A stretch of DNA of 38,229 bases from Acutalibacteraceae bacterium (GTDB taxonomy: Bacteria; Bacillota; Clostridia; Oscillospirales; Acutalibacteraceae). Made by a program: the position numbers and the translations under genes. Where the stretch lies: NCBI GenBank assembly GCA_045590415.1, contig JAZNRA010000033.1:1-38229 (forward strand). Reading direction: 5' to 3'. Positions within the stretch are counted from its first letter, which is position 1. Every line of letters begins with the position of its first letter. A model generated the notes under the pieces. That model saw only the letters and a program-made list of their open reading frames with translations. It searched no databases and was not told the DNA's origin. Below are positions 1 to 8,573 of this stretch, in pieces.

Positions 1-22
1 TGCTCTTTGCTTAATTATCTAT

Positions 23-3000
23 TTAGTTTTCATCTTCCCTTTTCCGCTTTTTCAGTTGAGCTGTTCCAAAGAGGCAACCGCCGCTTATAAACGCAACAGC
101 GAACCATAACCACAAAGCCGTGTTTTCGCCGGTCTGCGGAATTTCAGGAATCGGAGCAGCAGGAGGTGTATAGGTGTTGACGAAGATCATCGAATCCGCC
201 TTATCAGCACCTATGGCATACGCATAAGCAACCTTAAAGGTTCCGTCAAGGTTATCGGTGACGGTAACCGTAACGGTATATGCCGTACTGTCATACGTTA
301 CACCGTCTGCGTTTCCTTGAGTTTCTAAAACGGTATAGACGTAGATGCCTTCTTTTTCTACCGAAATGGGAGTGAAAGCAAAACTGCCGTCCGCTGCATT
401 CTTGACGGTATCAAGTTTCGTATTGTCTTTGTCATACAGTTCAAACGAGAACTCGTCAGCGACCAGATCACGACCGTTTAGAGTCTTCTTTCCTTTGATT
501 ATGATCTCGGTAGCTGCTGCCGTATACGTGTTGTGGAACTGTATCTCTTCGACGGTAGAACCTGCTATGGGCTCATCGTTCACGGTAACGGCGGCAATCA
601 GATTACCGTCGTGATTATCCGTTACGGTGACGATCACCTCATATTCGGCATCGTCAGAGGTGACACCTTTTTCGTTGATCTCGTCTTCAAGAATGAGATA
701 GTAGTACGTACCCTCTGCCTCGAAACTCATGGGTGCAAAGGTAACTTTGCCGGTACCGTCATCTTGTAAGGCAAGAGGAACGTCATCCTGGAGCAGCGTA
801 TTCTCGCTGTATGCAAAACCGCTATCCGTCTTATGCAGATCAAATTTGAATTCGCCGTCAACAAGATCACGGCCTGTCAAAATCTTAGTTGCTTCCAAAG
901 TGACGTATGCGGGGTCTGCCGTATACGAGTTGTTAAAGACGATCTTACCGTTTGCCGTGATGTTGTCGTAATGCACGACCTCCGTCAAAACGCCGCCGGC
1001 TTCTTCTTTTGTCACGTTTCCTTTGTAAAGACTCAGTTCCGAGATGGAAAGAACGCCGTTTTCGGATTTAGCAACTCGGACAAGAACGTGATAGGTGGCG
1101 GTGTCATAGGTTACGCCCTTCTCATCCCCTACCACCTCGGAAATTTTGAAGTGATAAACACCCTCGTCGGGGAGCGTTACAATCGGGAAGCGGAAAACGC
1201 CGTTTGCGTCGTTCTTCACAGTTTCGCCAATCTGAACACCGGTGACCGCATTCATCAGAACAAACTCAAATTCATCAGCTTGCAGAGGACGACCGTTCAA
1301 CGCCTTTTCCCCACCAAACTTGTCGTAAATATCCAAGGTGATCGGTGTGGGCACAAACCCGTTTCGGAAGACGACAGCGGATGCCGCCAAATTGTTTTTT
1401 GTGATATTGACGGTCGCCGAAAGTCTGCCGCGAGAGTTATCGGTAACGGTAACGGTGACTTCATATACCGATTTATCAACATTATAACGGGTATCGTTCG
1501 TGGTGCGCTCGGTAACCGTGTAGGTATACACGCCCGCCCGATCATAAACGAGCTTATCGAACGTAACGGCAGTACCTACATTGGTAGCGGTAGCGTTGTA
1601 TCCGTCAGGCAATACCGTGTTACCGGTCGGTGTGAGAACGAACGAGAACTCATCGTTCTGCAACGTCTTGCCGGTAAGGATCTTCTCAGCAGACAGGGTA
1701 ACCTCCGCATCCGTCGGATCGTATTTGTTATCAAAAACGATGTTGTCAGCGGGCGCATTGGCGAGCGACGTAGTGGGAACAGCCGTGATGGTGTTGTCGC
1801 CGTTATCCCTCACCTGGACGGAAACGGTATATACGGCATTGTCATAGGTAAAGCCGCCGATCGGATTGGCATTCACTTCAGACACGGTATATTGATAGGT
1901 GTTGCCCTTGTGTGCATCGCCGAATTCAATCGCATCGAATGCGAAGTAACCGTTCGCTGCGTTCGTAACGGTAGCGGTGGCAGGCATCGGCGCATTGGGT
2001 GTAACAGCGTTCAGTTCAAACGTAAACTCATTTGCGTTGAGAACGCGGTTACCGGTGGAAATGGTCTTCTGACCGGTAATGGTAACATAATCGGATGTTG
2101 ACGGGACGTACTCGTTTGTAAAGGTAGGAATCGTTGTGCCTGCAGGGAGATTGGAAATCACTGTGTTTGCCGAAACAGTACCGTCACCGTTATCCTTTAC
2201 GGTGACCTCCACCTTGTACACGCTATCCGAATACTTAATATTTTTAAGAGTCAGGCCTGCGTTGATTTCTGCAAGATAATAGGTGTGCGTTACACCTTGC
2301 ATGGTGGCAAGGTTTGCTGCGTAGGTCAACGTGATCTTCGCTTTACCCAAAGCATCGGTAAGTCCCGATCTCATAATTTCGGTTGCAGCCGTGTTCTGAC
2401 TCGGATCAGCGTCGTAAAGCGCAAACTGGTATCCGCTCAAGGAGTGATTACCTTCTAAAAACGCTTTTTGGATCTCGATCTCTGCAGTGGCAGAACCAAC
2501 GGGAGCATAGATGTTGTTAAAGTTTGCGGTGACGGTATACGAATTACCGGATTTTGTGACAGTGGTGTTCGCCTCGTTATTTACAGCGGTGATCTCAAGA
2601 CCGCCGTCCATATCCGCATCCGCCACCACAACAGCAAATCGGCGCTCTGCAGTGTCATAGGTAATACCACCGTTATTTTCCTTCATTTCAGTAATACGGT
2701 AGTGATAAATACCGGGCTCCGTATAATTTTCACCCAAGAGACTGAAAGCATGCGATTTTTCCGAATCGTCAGCACCGATGGTAAACTGTGAAACGGTACG
2801 AGCTGCTCTCGTCGTACTGATATGCTCAACCAGGAAGCTATAGCTTTCGCCGTTTAGCCACTCGGTGCGGTTACCGGTAATTTCCTTGGAGACGTTAACC
2901 GTTACGGCGCTGCCGTTTGTACCGATGGGATCGTAGGTATTAACGATCAACGCTTGGTCATTTGACGTAGTGTCAATAACACCGTTCAAAGAACTTCTGG

Positions 3001-6000
3001 CAGCGTTGAAAGCAAACCCGTTCGGAATTTGTGTTTCAACCACTGAGTACTTCGTTTCCTCAGGGATATTTCGCACAATAAAGGACTCGCCTTCCGCAAG
3101 CGTAACGGTGAAGCTGCCGTTTGACGGTACGTCAATATAACCGGCGGCGTTACTGGCTTCAAAACGACCGGACACCGGATTGCCGGCAGCATCCGTAAGA
3201 GTAACCTGAGCGGTAAAGGTGACGTTGCTGTTAACGTCAACAAACGTTCCGTTTTCATCCACGACCTGTTTGGTGATAACAAGATCACCTTCCCCTAACG
3301 CCGTGTTGACAAAGTCAACGTCGTCGATATAGTAGGCGGCAACCGTGCCTTGAGCAACCTCGCCGGTGGCTACACCGTTCACGTGAACCGATTTCACCTT
3401 GTAATCGTTGACGTCCGAAACCTCTTGTACAGTGTAGAGGACGCCTGTCGGAAGCCCCGTCAGCCAAAGTGTTTGATTGCGTGAAAGAGTTACCGTATAG
3501 GTGCCTCTTGCTGACAGCGGAACGACAGTGGCATCACCCGTAGGAACGACATCCAGATCGGTGATCCAACTATCTAACTCGCCGGTATACGGTGTGCCGT
3601 CTGCGTTGAAAACCGTGATAAGGAAGTCAAAATCGGTAGAAGTGCCGGTCTCATAAACATCAATCGTTTTGGAAAGCTTGATACCTTGTGCAGGGGTAAC
3701 CTGTAAAAATCCGTTATTACCAAGGTTCATATCGACATAAAAGATATTGTTTTGCTCGGTAAGATACGGGTGAAAGACCATGTTGGCAGAATCGGTCGCG
3801 TTTGCCGATTTCTGCTCGTCGTACATTTTCAGTTCGCGTGCAGGAGTACCGTTAGGCACCACATACGCACCCGTGTCGCCAGTGAGAGTTTTGAAGGTGC
3901 TGTTCCAAGTGGCTGCGGCGATGGACGCGGCTGACATTTTTTCGTAAAGGAATACCGGTTCGCTTTCACCTTTTTTAAAGACGTACCGACGGTGATAGTA
4001 TTCGCCGTTTGTACTCAGTTTACCGCCTGTCCCCTCACTTTCTTCCACAAGCACATATTGGTTACCTACCAGCTTGTGTACAGCAGAATCGAAGGTATAG
4101 TAGAAGCGCTCATTTTCCTTCGACGGCGTAAACTCGGAAACGGTGGTAATATGCTCGTCGTGCGTGGGAGCAGAAATATCGAAATAGTTTGTCCAGAACT
4201 GTCTGGTAACGCCGTCATCAGCAAGGTGCTTAGGATCGGTAATACGGGTGATGTTAAGTTCATTCAGATCAGCACGCAGTCCGCTTTCGAAGATCAGGCG
4301 GATGGGCGAAACATCCTCTGCATTTTCAACCGAAACCTTAACATTTTTTGCTTCGTCCACATTGGCACCTTCAAGGGTAACGAGATAAGTCACCATAGGA
4401 ACGAGGGCTGCGGGAATCTTCCAAAGCATCGTCTGCTCACCGGTGGAAATGTTGGTACGCACCTGAACGGACATATACATCATATCGGAATTCTTGATAC
4501 TTCCGGTGGTCTCGCCCAAGAAACCGTAGGATTTGATTTTGTAAACCGCCTCCTTGGGGGCTGCCACCGTGGAGTTTTCATCCCAGAAACCGGCATAGGT
4601 GCCGTCGGCTTTGGCATACCAACCGATATAATTCGACCAGTCGGTAGCGGAATTGTATTTCAACTGTCCGGCGGCATAGGCGTTGGCAACCAGCGCTTGC
4701 GCATCAGCCGTTTGGGAAATGCCGAGTCTGGTCATAACAGAACGAATAAATTCATCACCCAAAGCAGTAGGATTTTCAACCGTTCCGAGACCGCCGCTCG
4801 TATGATCGGCCAGCTTAGACGCCATCATATGGCCGTCATAAAGGACGTCGCCAAGCAGGATACCGTTGATACGCTTGACCTCCATATACTCGCCGAGCAC
4901 ATCTTCAAACTCCACGTAGCCAGAAAAATCGGGACTTCCGCCCTCTAAATGGGTCGGGTAGTAACGGGACTGAAGAATGATCTCCTCAACGATCGAGTCA
5001 AAGGCGTTGCTCAACCCGTTCCCGGAAGCGGAGAAATACTCATCAACATAAGACTTGCTCGTCACATACGAGTTTTTGGAAATGGTGACGTTGGATGTTC
5101 CGCCGTCGCGATTCTTCACTCGTATCGACATATTACCGGTGGTCAAATTGTTGTAGGTGTTCCAAAGAGAGTCCGTAAAGGTGGAACCGTCGGGATTCAT
5201 AACACTTTGCGCTACACTGTTATTTCCGATATTAAATCCAAGCGTGTAGAAGAGGCCGCGAACATGAGGATCTCTTTGCTGATAGTGCGCCTCAACCTGA
5301 TTCATAACATACGAAGCGGTAAGTTGAGTAAGAAATGCGTTACCGTTAGTAAGGTCATCCTCATTACCGTTACCGACATTGGATTCGTAAACGGTCCTTT
5401 GCCACATACCGCTGCCGGTAGTATACTGAGAGTTCTCAACATCGGCATAATAGGTGGTACCGGTCGAAGGAGCACCATCCGACATCAAAACCAAAATAGG
5501 CATACGGTTATCGCCGGATTGCCAGTTGTTGTCACCAATAACCGTGTCCATCTCTTCAAACATCTTTTTGGCTTCCCAAAGACCCGCCTGAATATAGGTG
5601 CCGCCGCCGAAGGTTTTGGTGTTATCCAGATTGGCATTCGCCACAGTGCCTCTAACGTCGTTATCCACCGAAACGGTGTTATTATTGTTAAGGTGCAGAA
5701 AAACGTTGTCACTTCCGGTGCTATAACGGTCGATGGGCAAAATACGCGTGACACTTTCGTTATAGGTGGAAGTGCCGGGAAAACCGGATGCCGAATACAG
5801 AACTACACCGACACGGTTGTTATTATTCACAGCCAGTAACTCTGCTATTGCGCTGTTAGTGGCATTGATCAATGCACTTTCGAAACCTCTCATAGAGCCC
5901 GAAAGATCAAGCACCAATACCGTGTCGGTAGGGATGGTCGAATACCCTACCACCTCTTTATTCGCCGCCAACGCAGAAAGAGCAGTAAGGAAATTTTTCT

Positions 6001-6265
6001 CATCATTCACCATCTGCACGCTGTTCGGGAATGCAGACGCATCCGTAAATACGGATTTATCGGTCCAAACACCGCCGGCATTAGAGGTGTCCAAGTTATC
6101 CAGATCAAAATACTTCTGCCAGTTATTCATCGTGTTGGAATCGACGATACGGTTATAATACTCAGCCGATTCGTCAGCTGCAAAGGCCGTGAACGGCATG
6201 CACGTCAGCAAAAGTGCCACGCATAGCACAATGCTAACAAGGCGTTTTGAAAGTTTCATTTTCAT
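23..6265 (-). CDS. Giant (2080 aa) sortase-anchored surface adhesin. Contains a signal peptide, a vWA/MIDAS domain, a region of about 430 aa I cannot assign, 2 CnaB-type domains, 7 tandem Spy0128/FctA-like isopeptide domains and an IPQTG cell-wall sorting signal.
   Basis: N-terminal signal peptide MKMKLSKRLVSIVLCVALLLTCMPFTAFA|AD. MIDAS DLSGS is encoded at 5894-5908 (checked in the DNA), with LVLMSDGAPS downstream. The C-terminus has IPQTG (128-142, checked in the DNA), then a hydrophobic stretch and a KKRKRE tail. AAGGAGG lies 7 nt upstream of the ATG. The mature protein has no Cys outside the signal peptide and the anchor. Confidence 0.85.
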   Translation of the reverse strand: MKMKLSKRLVSIVLCVALLLTCMPFTAFAADESAEYYNRIVDSNTMNNWQKYFDLDNLDTSNAGGVWTDKSVFTDASAFPNSVQMVNDEKNFLTALSALAANKEVVGYSTIPTDTVLVLDLSGSMRGFESALINATNSAIAELLAVNNNNRVGVVLYSASGFPGTSTYNESVTRILPIDRYSTGSDNVFLHLNNNNTVSVDNDVRGTVANANLDNTKTFGGGTYIQAGLWEAKKMFEEMDTVIGDNNWQSGDNRMPILVLMSDGAPSTGTTYYADVENSQYTTGSGMWQRTVYESNVGNGNEDDLTNGNAFLTQLTASYVMNQVEAHYQQRDPHVRGLFYTLGFNIGNNSVAQSVMNPDGSTFTDSLWNTYNNLTTGNMSIRVKNRDGGTSNVTISKNSYVTSKSYVDEYFSASGNGLSNAFDSIVEEIILQSRYYPTHLEGGSPDFSGYVEFEDVLGEYMEVKRINGILLGDVLYDGHMMASKLADHTSGGLGTVENPTALGDEFIRSVMTRLGISQTADAQALVANAYAAGQLKYNSATDWSNYIGWYAKADGTYAGFWDENSTVAAPKEAVYKIKSYGFLGETTGSIKNSDMMYMSVQVRTNISTGEQTMLWKIPAALVPMVTYLVTLEGANVDEAKNVKVSVENAEDVSPIRLIFESGLRADLNELNITRITDPKHLADDGVTRQFWTNYFDISAPTHDEHITTVSEFTPSKENERFYYTFDSAVHKLVGNQYVLVEESEGTGGKLSTNGEYYHRRYVFKKGESEPVFLYEKMSAASIAAATWNSTFKTLTGDTGAYVVPNGTPARELKMYDEQKSANATDSANMVFHPYLTEQNNIFYVDMNLGNNGFLQVTPAQGIKLSKTIDVYETGTSTDFDFLITVFNADGTPYTGELDSWITDLDVVPTGDATVVPLSARGTYTVTLSRNQTLWLTGLPTGVLYTVQEVSDVNDYKVKSVHVNGVATGEVAQGTVAAYYIDDVDFVNTALGEGDLVITKQVVDENGTFVDVNSNVTFTAQVTLTDAAGNPVSGRFEASNAAGYIDVPSNGSFTVTLAEGESFIVRNIPEETKYSVVETQIPNGFAFNAARSSLNGVIDTTSNDQALIVNTYDPIGTNGSAVTVNVSKEITGNRTEWLNGESYSFLVEHISTTRAARTVSQFTIGADDSEKSHAFSLLGENYTEPGIYHYRITEMKENNGGITYDTAERRFAVVVADADMDGGLEITAVNNEANTTVTKSGNSYTVTANFNNIYAPVGSATAEIEIQKAFLEGNHSLSGYQFALYDADPSQNTAATEIMRSGLTDALGKAKITLTYAANLATMQGVTHTYYLAEINAGLTLKNIKYSDSVYKVEVTVKDNGDGTVSANTVISNLPAGTTIPTFTNEYVPSTSDYVTITGQKTISTGNRVLNANEFTFELNAVTPNAPMPATATVTNAANGYFAFDAIEFGDAHKGNTYQYTVSEVNANPIGGFTYDNAVYTVSVQVRDNGDNTITAVPTTSLANAPADNIVFDNKYDPTDAEVTLSAEKILTGKTLQNDEFSFVLTPTGNTVLPDGYNATATNVGTAVTFDKLVYDRAGVYTYTVTERTTNDTRYNVDKSVYEVTVTVTDNSRGRLSATVNITKNNLAASAVVFRNGFVPTPITLDIYDKFGGEKALNGRPLQADEFEFVLMNAVTGVQIGETVKNDANGVFRFPIVTLPDEGVYHFKISEVVGDEKGVTYDTATYHVLVRVAKSENGVLSISELSLYKGNVTKEEAGGVLTEVVHYDNITANGKIVFNNSYTADPAYVTLEATKILTGRDLVDGEFKFDLHKTDSGFAYSENTLLQDDVPLALQDDGTGKVTFAPMSFEAEGTYYYLILEDEINEKGVTSDDAEYEVIVTVTDNHDGNLIAAVTVNDEPIAGSTVEEIQFHNTYTAAATEIIIKGKKTLNGRDLVADEFSFELYDKDNTKLDTVKNAADGSFAFTPISVEKEGIYVYTVLETQGNADGVTYDSTAYTVTVTVTDNLDGTFKVAYAYAIGADKADSMIFVNTYTPPAAPIPEIPQTGENTALWLWFAVAFISGGCLFGTAQLKKRKREDEN
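170..2932 (-). repeat. Seven tandem, diverged protein-level domain repeats (118-144 aa each; adhesin aa 1112-2032)
   Basis: Each unit opens with a ..K(I/T)L(T/N)G(R/K).L...EF.F.L-like strand. Each has a core like G(V/I)Y.Y.(V/I).E....G(V/I)TYD...Y.V.V.V.D and closes with (V/I)F.N.Y. Boundaries were counted back from the verified IPQTG codons. I noticed no long exact nucleotide repeats, so the units are old duplications. Confidence 0.75.
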
Positions 6266-6282
6266 ACAGTTACCTCCTTAAA

Positions 6283-6981
6283 CTACTCAACACCGTTTTG
6301 AAGCGTTTGTAAACTCAACTCATTGGTTTGATCGACAAAATGTTTAAAATTTTCTAAAACCGTTTTACCTAAAGTGCGGTAATCCATTTCCAGGACCTTT
6401 TGAATCTTTGCATTGCGAAGTTCTTCCGGAACGTTGTAGATGCGCATAATATTATTCAAAGCGCCGGCGATCCTCACTTCCAAATGAGTGGCGTTATCCG
6501 TGGTCATGAAAGTTGCATACTCAATACCCGAAACCAAAATTTCGGCTTCTGTGAATTGTTCATCGTCCCAATTCAGGCAAAATTCTTCATACACCCTTTT
6601 CGCCCGCTCGTTATCGGTGTTTCGGATAACCTCCAAACACATGGGACTCGAATAAGCAGATAAAAACAAGTCTTTAATGACGGGATTATCCTCGCTTGCT
6701 GCTGCCATCGTTACGAACTCCAAGCATATCGCTAAAAGAGAGGATGCCCCCTCCTCCACGGCTTCTTGCAATAACTTGCTTTGAAAATCGCACAGCATTT
6801 TCACAATAACCGCCAACAGATGTTCCTTTGTCGGAAAATAGTAAGTCAAGTTGCCGGTACTGATGTCCAGCTCGTCACAAATACGTTTTGGAGGTGTCGC
6901 AGAATACCCTAACTCCAAAAACAATTTTGACGCGACCTGGACGATTTCAGATTTTGTGGTATTTGCTCGTCTTCGTGCCAC
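6283..6981 (-). CDS. TetR/AcrR family transcriptional regulator
   Basis: N-terminal HTH signature ARRRANTTKSEIVQVASKLFLELGYSATPPKRICDELDISTGNLTYYFPTKEHLL. I prefer the GTG start at 6981 (AAGGGGTGA RBS 4 nt upstream) over the track's TTG at 7002, which has no RBS. The stop lies 17 nt before the adhesin ATG. Confidence 0.85.
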   Translation of the reverse strand: MARRRANTTKSEIVQVASKLFLELGYSATPPKRICDELDISTGNLTYYFPTKEHLLAVIVKMLCDFQSKLLQEAVEEGASSLLAICLEFVTMAAASEDNPVIKDLFLSAYSSPMCLEVIRNTDNERAKRVYEEFCLNWDDEQFTEAEILVSGIEYATFMTTDNATHLEVRIAGALNNIMRIYNVPEELRNAKIQKVLEMDYRTLGKTVLENFKHFVDQTNELSLQTLQNGVE

Positions 6982-7056
6982 GTAATCACCCCTTCGCCGC
7001 AATTTAACAAACCAGGTAAAAGAAAATTTGCACTATTGCTAATTTGTACTAATCCA

Positions 7057-7085
7057 AGAATAGCACAAATCCAAAAAGATTGCAA
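7057..7085 (-). promoter_or_regulatory. Candidate sigma-A promoter for the tetR-adhesin unit
   Basis: On the minus strand: TTGCAA (7080-7085), 17-nt spacer, TATTCT (7057-7062). An imperfect inverted repeat (TTGTGCTATTC ... GCAATAGTGCAA) brackets the -10/TSS region and could be an operator. Confidence 0.35.
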
Positions 7086-7192
7086 CATATTTTGGAAAAA
7101 TTTTTATAATTTTTTCGCATGCTACAGTATAACGGAAGCAGAAACGCTTATACGGTGTTTTGAAACCTAAATAAAACCATCTTTGCATTAAC

Positions 7193-7230
7193 AAAAAACA
7201 AGAGTCCCCTTTGCAAAAGGACTCTTGTTT
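7193..7230 (-). terminator. Rho-independent terminator after rlmH
   Basis: 10-bp stem ACAAGAGTCC/GGACTCTTGT (7199-7208 and 7220-7229), followed on the minus strand by a TTTTTTG run. Confidence 0.7.
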
Positions 7231-7235
7231 CACTT

Positions 7236-7718
7236 CTACTTATGATACTTGCCGCCTGCCGCGATCTGCATGGCACGATAGATCTGCTCAAGCAGCATGA
7301 CACGAGCCATTTGATGCGGAAAGGTCATACCGGACATCGACAACCGCACGCGTGAGGTTTCTTTCACAAGAGGTGATAATCCAAAGGAACTGCCGATAAC
7401 AAACGCCACGTGACTGATTCCATCCACCGTCCATTGGGAAAGTTGCTTGGACAATCCCTCGGACGTATATCCTTTTCCTTCGATACATAAAGCGATCATC
7501 GGAACCCCCGCAGGAATCCGAGATAAAAGACGGTGCCCTTCTTCCTCCAGTGCCGCCGTGATTTGTGCTACCGATGGGTTATCGGGTACGCGTTCCTCTG
7601 CCACTTCTATAATTTCCAATCGGCAAAACGCCGACAACCGTTTAACATATTCAGCACAGGCCTCGCGCCAATACGCCTCTTTTAATTTTCCCACACATGC
7701 AACCGTTACAGTGAGCAT
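7236..7718 (-). CDS. rlmH: 23S rRNA (pseudouridine1915-N3)-methyltransferase RlmH (SPOUT family)
   Basis: Sequence MLTVTVACVGKLKEAYWREACAEYVKRL... with an ..VAFVIGSSFGLS.. C-terminal knot region and a length of about 160 aa. The internal ATG at 7718 is preceded by AAGGAGGA. The track's longer ORF would overlap the upstream gene. Confidence 0.9.
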   Translation of the reverse strand: MLTVTVACVGKLKEAYWREACAEYVKRLSAFCRLEIIEVAEERVPDNPSVAQITAALEEEGHRLLSRIPAGVPMIALCIEGKGYTSEGLSKQLSQWTVDGISHVAFVIGSSFGLSPLVKETSRVRLSMSGMTFPHQMARVMLLEQIYRAMQIAAGGKYHK

Positions 7719-7731
7719 AGCGTCATCCTCC

Positions 7732-8514
7732 TTAAAAAAGAGTATACGGCCGATCGTTTTCGGGCGATGCGACTTGCAGGACGTAATCAACGTTACGGGT
7801 CATACCGCACGCTTGCAGGGTGGATTCCGCAGTTGCTTCCGCCAACCTCGGCAAGTTGTTTTCGCGGCTTAAATGCCCCAAAAAAACGCGTGTAGTGCCC
7901 TGGCGGATAAACTCCGGTAATTCGGCGGCACACGCCTCATTTGACAAATGACCGGTCGTGGATAGGATGCGCCGTTTAAGAATGTACGGATAAGGACCGT
8001 TTTCCAACATCCGAACGTCATGATTGGATTCAATATGTATCAGATCGCAACCGCGCAGCTGTTCACGCACGGTTGCCGTCATCACGCCAAGGTCCGTAGC
8101 GACCCCAACACTGCGACCGTCGCGCAAATCAATGCGAAAACCGGTGCTTTCGCGGCTGTCATGGGACGTCTTAAACGGTGTAACGCAAAACTCATCCAAC
8201 CGGACCGTATCCGTTATGGCAAAGCAATCACTATCGTTAGCGCCGGCCTCCGTTATTCCTTCGCAAGTACCAACAGAGGCGTAGATCGGAATGTGAAAAC
8301 GCTTTTGAAGCACGCGCAAGCCGGTAATGTGATCCGTATGCTCATGTGTGACGAATACGGCGCAAATGGTTTTTGGATCAATTTCACGGGTAACCAGTGC
8401 TTGCTCGATTCGACGTGCGCTGACACCGGCATCAATCAAAATACCGGCAGTTGAGGTGCCAACATACAAGCAGTTGCCGCTGCTGCCGCTAAACAAAGGA
8501 CAAAACCGCGCCAT
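7732..8514 (-). CDS. MBL-fold metallo-hydrolase (YycJ/WalJ-like)
   Basis: HxHxDH motif (THEHTDHITG). The N-terminus FSGSSGNCLYVGT..ILIDAG is typical of the YycJ group. Confidence 0.85.
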   Translation of the reverse strand: MARFCPLFSGSSGNCLYVGTSTAGILIDAGVSARRIEQALVTREIDPKTICAVFVTHEHTDHITGLRVLQKRFHIPIYASVGTCEGITEAGANDSDCFAITDTVRLDEFCVTPFKTSHDSRESTGFRIDLRDGRSVGVATDLGVMTATVREQLRGCDLIHIESNHDVRMLENGPYPYILKRRILSTTGHLSNEACAAELPEFIRQGTTRVFLGHLSRENNLPRLAEATAESTLQACGMTRNVDYVLQVASPENDRPYTLF

Positions 8515-8532
8515 ATTCTCACTCCCTTCTTC

Positions 8533-8565
8533 AAAAAGAGCGCACCGCCTGCGAGCGGTGCGCTC
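8533..8565 (-). terminator. Rho-independent terminator after murA
   Basis: Perfect 11-bp stem GAGCGCACCGC/GCGGTGCGCTC (8538-8548 and 8555-8565) with a 6-nt loop, followed by TTTTT on the minus strand. Confidence 0.8.
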
Positions 8566-8573
8566 ATCCTTTT

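Noticed and set aside
833-5839. Long plus-strand ORFs inside the adhesin gene (833-2101, 422 aa; 3992-4948, 318 aa; 4949-5839, 296 aa).
   Set aside because: They are antisense to a very well-supported 2080-aa CDS. Their sequences are odd and low-information (rich in R, G, V, I and N). I saw no RBS or promoter for them. The T/V/N/D/G-rich codon usage of the sense gene naturally depletes stop codons on the opposite strand.
23-7002. The adhesin locus as a complete sortase-dependent pilus operon or a horizontally acquired island.
   Set aside because: The window contains no sortase, backbone pilin, integrase or flanking repeats. The region beyond position 1 is not visible. Base composition did not look obviously different by eye. 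It can only be called an isolated sortase-substrate adhesin gene here.
7026-7037. The 12-mer ATTTGCACTATT is shared between the tetR upstream region (7026-7037) and the PAP2 promoter region (34603-34614). It might be a common regulator site.
   Set aside because: Dozens of 12-nt matches are expected by chance in a 38-kb self-comparison. In the second locus the match is explained by the TTGCAC -35 element.
7039-7233. A 64-aa minus-strand ORF in the AT-rich rlmH/tetR intergenic region.
   Set aside because: It overlaps the rlmH terminator hairpin and the candidate tetR promoter. It has no RBS and no recognisable sequence features.
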